Under the pieces are notes generated by a model. That model did not search any database. It had not been told where the DNA came from and saw only the letters and a program-made list of their open reading frames with translations. Below are positions 22,372 through 32,531 of a stretch of 64,000 nucleotides of DNA, piece after piece; the stretch's first letter is position 1, and every line of letters begins with the position of its first letter. Position numbers and translations under genes: made by a program. Source of the stretch: Nitrospirota bacterium (GTDB lineage Bacteria; Nitrospirota; UBA9217); NCBI GenBank assembly GCA_035490495.1, contig DATHDE010000085.1, forward strand, positions 1,885 to 65,884. Reading direction: 5' to 3'.

Positions 22372-22737
22372 ATGCCCTATGCATATCGTAAATGTGAACG
22401 ACTAAAAAAAAATATCGATTTTACCGCGGCAATGAAAGGAAAAAGACTGTCGATAGACGGTCTTTCTCTTTTTTATACGATTAACAGCAGCACAGAAAAT
22501 TTCAGAGTCGGGATTTCCGTAGGAAAAAAACTGGCTAAAGCAGCGCAACGAAACAGACTGAGGAGGCGCATCCGGAACTGCATCATGAAAGCACTCCAGG
22601 ATCATGCACGTGGATATGATATAGTATTTGTTGCAAAAAAGGAGCTGCTGTGCGCTGACTATCGAAGAATTTGTGACGTTGTGAATAAATTATTGATTCG
22701 CACTGTTCTTCATGGAAAAAACGGGGAGGGCAGATAA
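22372..22737 (+). CDS. rnpA: ribonuclease P protein component
   Basis: 121 aa, basic. RNR-like motif (AAQRNRLRRRIRN). Position rpmH-rnpA. Confidence 0.9.
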   Translation: MPYAYRKCERLKKNIDFTAAMKGKRLSIDGLSLFYTINSSTENFRVGISVGKKLAKAAQRNRLRRRIRNCIMKALQDHARGYDIVFVAKKELLCADYRRICDVVNKLLIRTVLHGKNGEGR

Positions 22738-22739
22738 AC

Positions 22740-22949
22740 GTGAAGTGGTTGTGCATTACCATGATTACGATGTATCGTCGCTACCTTTCCCCGGTGTTGC
22801 CGATGTCATGCCGCTTCACGCCGAGCTGTTCGGAATATGCGTTGGAAGCATTTCACAAAAAGACCGTCGTACATGCGATCGTACTGACGGTAGTCCGCAT
22901 CTTTAAATGTAACCCGTTTCATCCCGGCGGGTACGACCCGGTACGATAA
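22740..22949 (+). CDS. yidD: membrane protein insertion efficiency factor YidD
   Basis: 69 aa. YRRYLSP...CRFTPSCSEYA...HPGGYDPV signature. Confidence 0.92.
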   Translation: MKWLCITMITMYRRYLSPVLPMSCRFTPSCSEYALEAFHKKTVVHAIVLTVVRIFKCNPFHPGGYDPVR

Positions 22950-22964
22950 GTTTTCGGAGGTTTC

Positions 22965-24671
22965 ATGGAAACGCGCAGGTTTCTTCTTGCAATATCTCTT
23001 TCACTCATCATTTTTATCCTCTACATGAAATTCTTCGCCCCGACACCCCCGGAAACACAGCCGGCAAACGATGCGACGAATATGGCAGAGACACAGAAGA
23101 AAGTCGCGGAAAAGCGTGAAAACACAATACCTGAGCCGTTGAAATCGTCGAATCCGGCGTCAGTGAAAATTGAAAAGGCTGTAGCAGGGAAAGATATCGT
23201 TATCGAGACAGACCTCATAAAAGCGGTTGTAAACACAGCAGGCGGGGTGATCACCAAGTGGGAGCTTAAGCAGTACCGAGAAGCAAATAAGAGCGAGGTA
23301 GGTATCGGTGTTATATATAAAAAGATCACCGGACAAATGCCAAAAGAGGAAAAGCCAAAAAGAGAACTTGGAAACGTAGAGCTGGTGCCTGTCTACGAAG
23401 GCGTGGACCGGAAGGACATGTCCTATCCATTAGCGATGGTACCGCTTGAGAAAGATTTGAATAAACTGTCAGGCGTAAATTATGAGACAAGCAGCGGCTC
23501 GTTGCTTCTGAGCAAGGATAAGCCAAAGGAAACATTGACGCTTGTCTACAATGGACCAGGCGGCATTATCATAGAAAAAAAGCTGACTTTTCATAATGAC
23601 ACGTATGTCGTCGATATGGACATCAGAACCAGCGGATTTGACGGTTATACCATTTCTCTGGGCACAGATTTCGGCTTAGCAGACAAGGTGAGCTCCGATG
23701 CAAGCGGCCGCGTAGGTGTGGCGGACGTACTCGATAAAAAATTTAGAAATGAAAAAATAGGCGATCTCAAGGGTGAAGAGCAGCAGGCGGGATCTGTGGG
23801 GTGGATCGCGCAGGAAGACAAGTATTTTACCGCGGTTTTAATATCAAACGGCAACGGCATTATATCAAGAAAAAAGACTGTGGAACCGAAAGCAATTGGT
23901 GATCTTCTGACAACGGACTTGACCGTCAAGGAACAGGCCTCAGCTCGGACATTCAAACTTTTCGCAGGACCCAAGAGCTATACTCTGCTGGAAGCACAGG
24001 GCCAGGGTCTGGAGCAGATGGTGGATTACGGGTGGTTCGGAATACTTGCGAAACCAATGTTCTGGCTCCTGACGAAGTTTTACATTTTTACAAAAAACTA
24101 CGGCGTTGCAATCATTCTCCTCACCATTGTGGTGAGAGTACTTCTGTTTTATCCATCACTGAAAAGCGCAACGGCCATGGAAGAGATGAAAAAAATTCAA
24201 CCGCAGCTTATGGCGATCAGGGAGAAATTCAAGAAAGACCCGCAGCGGATGAACCAGGAGATGATGAAGCTTTACAAGGAGCACAAGGTGAATCCACTCG
24301 GTGGATGCCTGCCCATGCTGTTGCAGCTTCCGTTCTTTGTAGCACTGTATAACGTTCTGTCCGTTTCCATTGAACTGCGGCAGTCGCCGTTTCTGTCTTT
24401 TTGGATAAAGGATCTGTCGGTTTATGACCCTTACTATATTTTGCCGGTCCTGATGGGCGTAAGTATGATTTTCACAATGAAGATGACATCGACAACCGCG
24501 GATCCTCAACAGGCGAAAATTATGATGTTCATGAATATTGCGTTTATTTTCCTTTTCGCATGGCTGCCGGCTGGGCTGTTACTTTACATTACATTAAGCA
24601 ACGTGCTCTCCATTGTACAACAATTGTACGTACGACGGCTCATCGGTGCGGCGGAAACTCCTGCCGTGTAA
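22965..24671 (+). CDS. yidC: membrane protein insertase YidC
   Basis: 568 aa. N-terminal TM helix, periplasmic P1 domain, C-terminal 60-kDa IMP core (NYGVAIILLTIVVR...KVNPLGGCLPMLLQLP). Confidence 0.95.
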   Translation: METRRFLLAISLSLIIFILYMKFFAPTPPETQPANDATNMAETQKKVAEKRENTIPEPLKSSNPASVKIEKAVAGKDIVIETDLIKAVVNTAGGVITKWELKQYREANKSEVGIGVIYKKITGQMPKEEKPKRELGNVELVPVYEGVDRKDMSYPLAMVPLEKDLNKLSGVNYETSSGSLLLSKDKPKETLTLVYNGPGGIIIEKKLTFHNDTYVVDMDIRTSGFDGYTISLGTDFGLADKVSSDASGRVGVADVLDKKFRNEKIGDLKGEEQQAGSVGWIAQEDKYFTAVLISNGNGIISRKKTVEPKAIGDLLTTDLTVKEQASARTFKLFAGPKSYTLLEAQGQGLEQMVDYGWFGILAKPMFWLLTKFYIFTKNYGVAIILLTIVVRVLLFYPSLKSATAMEEMKKIQPQLMAIREKFKKDPQRMNQEMMKLYKEHKVNPLGGCLPMLLQLPFFVALYNVLSVSIELRQSPFLSFWIKDLSVYDPYYILPVLMGVSMIFTMKMTSTTADPQQAKIMMFMNIAFIFLFAWLPAGLLLYITLSNVLSIVQQLYVRRLIGAAETPAV

Positions 24672-24694
24672 AATATAATAACAAGATCAAAACG

Positions 24695-24730
24695 AAAAAA
24701 GGAGCGGGGTATTTAACCGCTCCTTTTCTT
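24695..24730. terminator. bidirectional Rho-independent terminator (yidC / OsmC-like convergent pair)
   Basis: AAAAAA-GGAGCGG-loop-CCGCTCC-TTTTCTT. A 7-9-bp stem flanked by an A-run and a T-run. Confidence 0.7.
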
Positions 24731-24802
24731 ATTGAGCAGATTCCACAACAACCCGCGATCCTCAGGCGAACGGCACGAGTCACAACAAGGCGTAAGGAAA
24801 TG

Positions 24803-25207
24803 TTACCCGACAATGGTTCTGATTGCAAACTTCGGGGGATGCATGATTGTTTTCTTTACTGCGCATTGATCCGCCACTTTGATCAGCGCTTTGTGGTATT
24901 TTTCGGGAAAATCAGGGGAAACCCGAATATCAATAGCAATAGTGTCAAGGACAGGTTTCCCTTCAGCGCCGGGAATATATTCGAGCCGCTGGGAGAGTGA
25001 AATACCGTCCGTTGGAATCCCGCGCTCCTGACAGAAGCTGAGCACATAGATCCCGGCGCAGGTGCCAATGGATGATAAAAAAAGAAGATAGGGACTCGGA
25101 GCCAGACCGGTGCCCCCCTGGGCGATCGGCTGGTCAGTAGGTATAATCACGTCATTGATGCGGGCGTCGACTCTTTTTCCGCCGGGAAAAGTGATCGTGA
25201 TTTCCAA
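24803..25207 (-). CDS. OsmC-family protein
   Basis: 134 aa. OsmC-like pattern (GLAPSPYLLFLSSIGTCAGI ... ADQCAVKKTI) with two conserved Cys. Confidence 0.8.
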   Translation of the reverse strand: MEITITFPGGKRVDARINDVIIPTDQPIAQGGTGLAPSPYLLFLSSIGTCAGIYVLSFCQERGIPTDGISLSQRLEYIPGAEGKPVLDTIAIDIRVSPDFPEKYHKALIKVADQCAVKKTIMHPPKFAIRTIVG

Positions 25208-25280
25208 GAGTACAGACCTCCATCATACAGCAGTTGGATTACGCATTCGGCACGATACGGAATTCAGAATTGCGCGGCAA

Positions 25281-25709
25281 TCAGCCGATATCTACGAGTT
25301 CAAGCTCAAATGTCAGATCGTTTCCTGCGAGAGGATGGTTCGCATCAAGCGTCAATGATGTATCTGTTGTTGCCATGACCGTGACAAGAACCGTTTTATT
25401 GTCTTCCTGGGTAAGTTCGAGGCGCTGGCCAACGGAAGCGTTCAAATCGGGCGGCAGCATGCTGCGTTCAATGGTCACAATCATTTCTTCGTGGCGGGGA
25501 CCGTAAGCAAGATCAACAGGGATGATGGCTGTTTTTGATTCACCCTTTGCCATCCCGGTAACGGCCTGCTCAAAACCTGCAATCACCTGTCCATTGCCAA
25601 GCGTAAAACGAATGGGATGCCTGCTGCGGGACGTGTCGAAAACAGTTCCGTTCGGAAGTTTCCCTGTGTAGTGAACCAGTACGGTGTCGCCCTGTTTAGC
25701 TCGCATCAT
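25281..25709 (-). CDS. FKBP-type peptidyl-prolyl isomerase (SlyD-like)
   Basis: Start moved to MMRAKQGDTVLVHYTGKL, with an AAGGAG RBS upstream. FKBP core plus insert-in-flap region. Confidence 0.88.
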   Translation of the reverse strand: MMRAKQGDTVLVHYTGKLPNGTVFDTSRSRHPIRFTLGNGQVIAGFEQAVTGMAKGESKTAIIPVDLAYGPRHEEMIVTIERSMLPPDLNASVGQRLELTQEDNKTVLVTVMATTDTSLTLDANHPLAGNDLTFELELVDIG

Positions 25710-25913
25710 GTTGTCTCCTTCACACGAAAACTGTGCGATATTGAGAAATAACATACAGAATATGTTTTGTGCAATTTACCCCATCTGACCACTCTTCGCA
25801 ACTACTAAAATAGACAAATAAGATATGTTCAGTCGTCAGAGATCAGTGAATAAGGGGCGCCAGCTTGACTTTGAAAAAGTAATACGATATTGTACAAAAG
25901 GAGGAAGGATGGC

Positions 25914-26612
25914 GTGGAAAGCAAGATTTATTTTGAATATGTGTTTAAGTTCAAAAAAGGTCAGGACAAAAAGTTTCTCATCCAGCTTGACCGAAAAACG
26001 CTTGCATTGGAAGCAGCGCGAAAGCAAAACCCGCCGCTGTGGGCGCTGTTAAATCATAAGAAGTGCAGTAATTGTCCGGTTGACGCCAAGATACAATTTT
26101 ACTGTCCTGTAGCATTGAACATCGTCGACATTGCTGAACAGTTCAAGGATATGGTGTCCCACGAAGAAGTGGTGGTCACCGTCCGAACGGAAGAGCGCGT
26201 TTATGCCAAAGAAACGACCGTCCAAAACGGCCTGAGCCCGCTCATCGGCATAATCATGACAACGAGCGGTTGCCCGATTTTGGAGCATTTAAAGCCGATG
26301 GTCAGGTTTCATCTGCCTTTTGCTGACCTTGATGAAACAGTGTTCAGAATGGTTTCTATGTATCTCCTCGTTCAGTACTTTCGCTATCAGGACGGAAAGG
26401 ATGCTGTATGGCGTCTTGATGGCCTGACTAAAGTTTACGCAGCAGTAGGTATTGTAAACCGCGATTTTGCGGAGCGACTCAGGGATGCTGCGAAAAAGGA
26501 CGCCAACTTGAACGCACTCGTGAATCTGGACTGTTTTGCTTCGATGGTACCGCTCGTTGCTGATGAGACAATGAAGGCGATTCGGCCCTATTTCAATGCT
26601 TATTTGGAATGA
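25914..26612 (+). CDS. hypothetical protein with Cys motifs (CxxC, YCP, SGCP)
   Basis: The track ORF starts at TTG 25890. GTG at 25914 lies 9 nt after the AAAGGAGG RBS (25897-25904). No family recognised by eye. Confidence 0.6.
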   Translation: MESKIYFEYVFKFKKGQDKKFLIQLDRKTLALEAARKQNPPLWALLNHKKCSNCPVDAKIQFYCPVALNIVDIAEQFKDMVSHEEVVVTVRTEERVYAKETTVQNGLSPLIGIIMTTSGCPILEHLKPMVRFHLPFADLDETVFRMVSMYLLVQYFRYQDGKDAVWRLDGLTKVYAAVGIVNRDFAERLRDAAKKDANLNALVNLDCFASMVPLVADETMKAIRPYFNAYLE

Positions 26613-26642
26613 GCTTGCAACTTCGCCAAAAGGGAAAAAGGA

Positions 26643-27413
26643 ATGAAGTCAGTAGTAAAAAGCATATGCTTTCTTTGTTGTATGGCGGTCGTTATGAGCT
26701 GTGCGCCAAAAAAACCGACACAACCGTCTTCAGCGCAGCAGCAGACGCAGGGTGCAACAAAGCAAAAATCAAAGCCAGCGTCACAAAAACCATACACTGT
26801 TCTCGGAAAACGTTATGAACCGCTTGAATCCTATATGGGATTCGTTCAAACAGGAACGGCAAGCTGGTACGGAAAGGATTTTCATGGAAAGAGAACGAGT
26901 AATGGTGAAACCTATAACATGAATAACATGACAGCTGCTCATAAAACGCTGCCGCTCGGAGTATTCATAAAAGTAAAAAACACTGATAATGGAAGGGAAA
27001 CAATTGTGCGTGTGAATGATCGAGGCCCTTTTGTAAAGGAGCGAATTCTGGATTTATCCTATGCAGCGGCAAAACAGCTGGGTGTCGATGTCGTAGGAAC
27101 GGCACCCGTCAGGATCGAAGCCTTGGGATACCAAGGTGCGGAACAGGATCGCTACAGGGCTTTGGAAAACTATGATAAAGGAGTCTATTCCGTTCAGATC
27201 GGATCTTTCAAGGATTTACGAAACGCAGAGCGGCTGATGAGCGAAATGAGAAATATCTTCGGCTTCTCTGAAATAGAGCACACAACGGTAAACGGAGAGC
27301 ACTTTCACCGCGTCTATGCGGGAAAGTTCACATCGTTGAAGGCCGCTGAACAGGCTGAGGAAGAGTTTTCGACCCATGGATACCCTGGCAGCTTTGCCGT
27401 ATCGCTCGAATGA
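26643..27413 (+). CDS. rlpA: septal-ring lytic transglycosylase RlpA with C-terminal SPOR domain
   Basis: Lipoprotein signal (AVVMSC), DPBB motif (GTASWYGKDFHGKRTSNGE...AAHKTLPLG...VRVNDRGPF), SPOR-like tail (YSVQIGSFKD...RVYAGKF). Confidence 0.9.
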   Translation: MKSVVKSICFLCCMAVVMSCAPKKPTQPSSAQQQTQGATKQKSKPASQKPYTVLGKRYEPLESYMGFVQTGTASWYGKDFHGKRTSNGETYNMNNMTAAHKTLPLGVFIKVKNTDNGRETIVRVNDRGPFVKERILDLSYAAAKQLGVDVVGTAPVRIEALGYQGAEQDRYRALENYDKGVYSVQIGSFKDLRNAERLMSEMRNIFGFSEIEHTTVNGEHFHRVYAGKFTSLKAAEQAEEEFSTHGYPGSFAVSLE

Positions 27414-27648
27414 CAATATCATTTCTTAAAAGACGGTTCATCGTCCACCACCAGTCTATAGTCCCGCCGCCGGATGTTCATTAGCTGCCGAGCCCTGCAG
27501 GAAATACGAAGCAGCTGTAAAAAAATTGTTTTACGAGAAAAAAACAGAACGAAACAGGAATGTGTTTCGAGATGTCCGCAGAAACATAAGTGACTGTCAA
27601 ATTTCTCACAACCGCTTGTACCCCGGGATTCATCGAGGAGCGAAAATC

Positions 27649-28419
27649 TTAGTGATGACGATGTGACTGAGCAACGCGGGATGCGTGCACGGCTGCATTA
27701 TGGTCTTTAAGATCCTGCACCAGGTTGTCGATTTGATCTGCGGAAAGAATATTTTGTTGCACAAAGAAGTCACCCAGCCGCGCCTGATGCGAGCGCTGGT
27801 ACGATAGAATTGTATTAACCTGGAATGCAGATAGTAGATGCAGGAGAACTGCTTTTTCACCGAAAAGAATCGGTCGGTTGCGTACCCCGAGGATTTTGCC
27901 GAGACCGACAGCGTCAAGCCATCCCCACTGCAACGCAATATCGCCGACGGAAGGACGCTGTTTCCGTTGACAGATGAGAGCGTTGAGCATGGTGCTGAAA
28001 GAAATCTCACCGCGATAATAGAGATATTGTCCTATATGGAGAATCCGTTTGGGAATCATGCCGGTATAGTATGTCCCGGAATGACTTTGTCGAAGGGAAT
28101 CGGACGTTCGATGATAAGCTGGGGTCCGTTCTGGTTTAGTCGACTCGTCAAGAGATGAGGAAATCTGCTCACGCTGTCTGAAAAAGAGATTCAAGGTGAC
28201 ATAAGCAGCAAGTATGTCTCGAAACAGGGCAGTTTGCTTTTCCTGGACATGAACCGGATCTTTAGTAAAAAGATCGGGATGGTTTTCCTTGGCAAGCTTA
28301 CGGTAGGCCGACTTTACGCAGCTCGGACGCAGATACGTAATCAGGAAGTTGCGGTTGATAGTGACCTGGTTGCCAAAAATGGTTCTGCAGGCAGCTATGA
28401 CATCGCTTTCAGTGATCAT
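27649..28419 (-). CDS. J-domain protein with C-terminal Leu-rich helical repeats
   Basis: AYRKLAKENHPD (HPD motif). The ATG at 28419 overlaps the purL TGA (ATGA at 28416-28419). The track alternative is GTG at 28440. Confidence 0.75.
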   Translation of the reverse strand: MITESDVIAACRTIFGNQVTINRNFLITYLRPSCVKSAYRKLAKENHPDLFTKDPVHVQEKQTALFRDILAAYVTLNLFFRQREQISSSLDESTKPERTPAYHRTSDSLRQSHSGTYYTGMIPKRILHIGQYLYYRGEISFSTMLNALICQRKQRPSVGDIALQWGWLDAVGLGKILGVRNRPILFGEKAVLLHLLSAFQVNTILSYQRSHQARLGDFFVQQNILSADQIDNLVQDLKDHNAAVHASRVAQSHRHH

Positions 28420-31400
28420 GACGCGGTTTTCTCGCACCACACGCGGGCATTCTGGAACATTTTGAGCCAGGGAGCAACGTGTAAAGATCGCTTTAAATCT
28501 TCAGGCAGCCAGCCCCATTGCCAAGGAAGGATTGACCGTTCGGGATGGGGCATCATTGCTAGATGGCGTCCGTCGGGCGAGCAAAGACCGGCAATACCGG
28601 CAGGGGAGCCGTTCGGATTAAAGGGGTAGGATTCCGTAATCGCCGCATTATCGTCAACGAAACGGATCGGCGCAAGACCGAACTCGCATTCACGGAACAT
28701 GCCTTCATCGGGAAAATAGGCAAAGCCTTCACCGTGTGCAACCCAGATGCCGAGCACGGAGTTCTCCATGCCCGTCAGCATGATAGAGGGACTCTTCAAT
28801 ATTTTAACGGTCGAGAAGCGAGATTCAAACCTTCCCGATTTGTTGTGAATAAAGCGCGGTTGAAGCTCGTCAGCGATCCCGTGCCAGGGAACCCACCCAA
28901 TAAGCGCCATGAGCTGGCAGCCGTTGCACACGCCAAGACTGAAGGTATCAGGGCGACCGTAAAACTTCTCGAACTGCCGCCAGATTTTTGAGTTGAACCG
29001 TAGGGAAGCCGCCCACCCTTTTGCCGAGTCAAGCACGTCGGCGTAGCTGAACCCGCCCACAAAGACCACACCGCGGAATCCGTCCAGCGAGCATCGTCCC
29101 TGAAGAAGATCGGTGACTGTCACATCCCATGCCTCGAATCCGGCAAGATGGAATGCAGATGCCATCTCACGGTCGCCGTTGCTCCCTTCCTCGCGGATGA
29201 TGGCAACGCGGGGCTTCGATTTCTTGCGAAGGACGGCCTCTCGAGTGCGTACAGGAGTGAATGGAATAAAGAACCGCGGTCCCGGCCGGCTGTAGATGTT
29301 TTTACGCTCTTCTCGGATGGTTTCGGGATTGCGCTGCAAAAGATCGAGCTGATGGCTCGTTTCCTCCCAGATGTCGCGCAGGACTGGCATCTCCTCATTG
29401 AGTACTTGCCTGGTCTTGGACCGAGGAGTGCGGAGTGAGATAGAGATACGCTTGTTCGTATTAGTCTTGCCGATGATATGGTATGGCACGGATGCTTTGC
29501 GGAGAACTGAAAGGAGAGCCGTTTCCCGGGACGGCAGATATTCCATGACAAGTCCGAGTTCCTCGGAAAACAACGTTTCCATGACGTCCGACTGGCTGGT
29601 GAGCTCGACATCGATGCCGCAGTTGCCTGAAAAAGCCATTTCAAGAAGCGTCGTGATGAGGCCGCCGTCTGAACGGTCATGGCCAGAGAGAATGAGTCGC
29701 CTGGAGAGAAGCTGTTGAGTAGCATTGAAAGCACGTTTCAGAAGCGAGGGGTCGTCGCAATCGGGTACGGTTGTGCCGATTTGGCCGAATACCTGTGCAA
29801 GGGCGGATCCGCCGAGGCGGTTTTTTCCTGCACCAAGATCAATAAAGAGTAATTTGCTCCTGCCCGGCTCCTTGAGATCCGGAGTAATGGTTTTCGTGAT
29901 GTCGGGGCAGGTAACGTATGAAGAAATGACAAGAGTGCCGGGAGACTTCACCGTCTCTTGCGAACCGTCGGGGTTGGTAACCCTGGCGGCCATGGAGAGG
30001 CTGTCCTTTCCACCGTCGACAGCCATACCGAGCGAAATCATAATGTCACGCATGGCGACTGCTGCATCATACAGGCGCGCGCCCTCTCCGGGAAGCTTGG
30101 GCGCCCACATCCAGTTTGCGGAGCAGCGCACGTCGCCGAGTCCGCTTACTTCAGCCCACACGAGATTCGTGAGAGACTCGGCGACGCTCATCCGGGCCAT
30201 GGCTGACGGGTCGATTAATTCTTTGAGAGGCTGTTCACCGATGGAGAGCGCTGCGCCGGTAAGACCAAAATGAGACTGTGCGATAACGGCGACGTCCGAA
30301 ACCGTGAGCTGCAGGGGGCCGGCGCATTGCTGGCGCGCAATTAAGCCGGTCACCGAGCGGTCAACCTTGTTCGTAAGGAAACGCTTCGAACCTACGGAAA
30401 TGAGGCGCAGTACGCGTTCGAGCGCGCTGCGCACGGTTAGTCCAGACGGAAGAACAAGCGGCCGCACAGCGGTAGCCCGTCTGTCAAGTTTGAATACTTT
30501 CTGCGGCATATCACCGAGAACTTTTGAAAGTTCAAGATTCTCCGGAGTCGTGTCGTCCCGGGAATCGTGCAGCACAAGGCGGCCGTCGCCCGTCACCCTG
30601 CCGATGATCGCAAACGGGACCTTTTCGCGTGTGCAGAGCTGGTTGAAAAATGATTTTGATTCCGGGTTGATGAGCAGTGCATTCTGCTCCTGATATTCCG
30701 CCCCCCAGATTTCGAGCACCGAGAGGGTTTCATCGCCGACCTGGATTTTTCTAATATCAATTCTTGCACCGGCAGGGTGAACGATCTCCTTCACAACATT
30801 GCAGTTACCGCCAGCGCCCTGATCATGTATGCTTTGAATGGGGTTTTCCGGACCCAGTTCAATGCAGGCACGGATAACGCGATTCAGTTTTTGCTCCATT
30901 TCTGCATCTCCGCGCTGCACGGCGTTGAAGTCGAGCTCAGCGATATTTTCCCCTTGAATCATGGAAGAAGCCGCTCCGCCGCCCATTCCGATGCGATAGG
31001 CGGGACCGCCGATTTTTACGACGAGCATGCCTTTTTGTGCTTCTGTTTTTTTCGTATGGAGAGCGTCCATCTGCCCGATGCCGGCAGAAAACATGATCGG
31101 CTTCAGCCATTCCCTGCGCTCTCCGTTGGGAAGCCGGAGTCCGAATGAACGGGTAAAGCCCTGGATCACGGGTTCGCCGAATTTATTCCCGTAATCGGAA
31201 GCACCGTCGCTAGCTTCAATTTCTATCTGAAGCGGTGACGCAAGATTATTGGGGTACTCATAGGATGAGTCTTCCCAGGGGAGTTCGTAGCCGGGTATTC
31301 TAAGGTTGCCGACGCAGTATGCTGCTGTTCCCGCTACGACGAGACCGCCGATTCCCGTTGCCTGCACATCGCGGATGCGGCCGCCCGTACCGGTTTCCGC

Positions 31401-32375
31401 GCCCGGGAAGGGAGCGACACCAGACGGAAAATTGTGCGTTTCAGCCGTTAAAATCACGTGGTAGGTGCGGCGCTGCTGGCGGAAAGCGGAGGGTTTCCCG
31501 ACGGACCCGGGGAGAATCGTTGATATCTTATAACCACGGATGGCGCTCGAGTTATCGCTGAAAGCGATGATGCTGTTATTGCGGTTGGCCTCGTAGGTGG
31601 CTTTTACGATTCTCATCAGTGTTTCGGGAATTTCTTTTCCGTCCACAATGAGTTTTCCGCGAAAGAACCAGTGACGGGAGTGCTCGCTGTTGGACTGGGA
31701 GAGATCGAAGCACTCGACGTTTGTGGGATTGCGTTTAATCTCCCGTGCAAAGAGATTAGTGTAGTAGTTCAGGTCCCAGTCGTCGAGGCCGAGACCCATT
31801 TTCCGGCTGATTCTTTCAAGAGCTGGCCGCCCCTGTTCGAGCAGCGGAACAACACGAACAGGCTCAGGTCTGGTGCCGGTGGCGAATGTCGTGAGCGGTG
31901 CAGGATAGAAACATTCAGTCATGCGATCGTGTACAAGAGAAAGGAACGAGGCTTGCTGCTCGCTGCTGAGAGAAACACCTGTGGATAGCTCAAGCAGAAA
32001 ACGGCGGGAACGCTCAATTCTCTGGATATTTTTTAAACCGCACGCATGGCAGATCGATACCGCATTCGTGGACCAGGCTGTGGTGAAATTCATGCGCGGT
32101 CCCACCTCAAGGATGATCGTGGAACCGGAACAGGACGCAAGAAAAGTAGTGTCGGAAAACTGCCGCGGCTCGAACGTTTCGGCAAGAAGCCAACGCAGCA
32201 AATGGTACCCATCGCGGGAAAGCGAATTTTCAGAAGCTATATTGAAGCAGAATTCCGTTTCGATATTCGTAATCGCCGGGGTAACGGTTCGCTGGGCTGA
32301 ACGGAGAAGATCGGCGGTCCGATATATGGACAGCGCCGGCATACGGTAAAAGCGGCTGATGGTCATGGCATTCAC
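28416..32375 (-). CDS. purL: phosphoribosylformylglycinamidine synthase, single-chain large form
   Basis: 1319 aa. PurS-like N-terminus, two AIR-synthase-like FGAM domains, and a C-terminal glutamine amidotransferase (GVCNGCQ, HPE). Confidence 0.95.
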   Translation of the reverse strand: MNAMTISRFYRMPALSIYRTADLLRSAQRTVTPAITNIETEFCFNIASENSLSRDGYHLLRWLLAETFEPRQFSDTTFLASCSGSTIILEVGPRMNFTTAWSTNAVSICHACGLKNIQRIERSRRFLLELSTGVSLSSEQQASFLSLVHDRMTECFYPAPLTTFATGTRPEPVRVVPLLEQGRPALERISRKMGLGLDDWDLNYYTNLFAREIKRNPTNVECFDLSQSNSEHSRHWFFRGKLIVDGKEIPETLMRIVKATYEANRNNSIIAFSDNSSAIRGYKISTILPGSVGKPSAFRQQRRTYHVILTAETHNFPSGVAPFPGAETGTGGRIRDVQATGIGGLVVAGTAAYCVGNLRIPGYELPWEDSSYEYPNNLASPLQIEIEASDGASDYGNKFGEPVIQGFTRSFGLRLPNGERREWLKPIMFSAGIGQMDALHTKKTEAQKGMLVVKIGGPAYRIGMGGGAASSMIQGENIAELDFNAVQRGDAEMEQKLNRVIRACIELGPENPIQSIHDQGAGGNCNVVKEIVHPAGARIDIRKIQVGDETLSVLEIWGAEYQEQNALLINPESKSFFNQLCTREKVPFAIIGRVTGDGRLVLHDSRDDTTPENLELSKVLGDMPQKVFKLDRRATAVRPLVLPSGLTVRSALERVLRLISVGSKRFLTNKVDRSVTGLIARQQCAGPLQLTVSDVAVIAQSHFGLTGAALSIGEQPLKELIDPSAMARMSVAESLTNLVWAEVSGLGDVRCSANWMWAPKLPGEGARLYDAAVAMRDIMISLGMAVDGGKDSLSMAARVTNPDGSQETVKSPGTLVISSYVTCPDITKTITPDLKEPGRSKLLFIDLGAGKNRLGGSALAQVFGQIGTTVPDCDDPSLLKRAFNATQQLLSRRLILSGHDRSDGGLITTLLEMAFSGNCGIDVELTSQSDVMETLFSEELGLVMEYLPSRETALLSVLRKASVPYHIIGKTNTNKRISISLRTPRSKTRQVLNEEMPVLRDIWEETSHQLDLLQRNPETIREERKNIYSRPGPRFFIPFTPVRTREAVLRKKSKPRVAIIREEGSNGDREMASAFHLAGFEAWDVTVTDLLQGRCSLDGFRGVVFVGGFSYADVLDSAKGWAASLRFNSKIWRQFEKFYGRPDTFSLGVCNGCQLMALIGWVPWHGIADELQPRFIHNKSGRFESRFSTVKILKSPSIMLTGMENSVLGIWVAHGEGFAYFPDEGMFRECEFGLAPIRFVDDNAAITESYPFNPNGSPAGIAGLCSPDGRHLAMMPHPERSILPWQWGWLPEDLKRSLHVAPWLKMFQNARVWCEKTAS

Positions 32376-32531
32376 TGTAATTAGGATACACTATGCATCG
32401 ACAGATATGAATGATATTTCGAAAACAGCCGTATCAATCGTCACCTGCTTCAGAATGATCCAGCAATTGTAGTTCTGGTACCTGCTCAAGCGTGATTCTC
32501 TGCGAATTGAAGTTGAGAGTCGAAAACGGGA

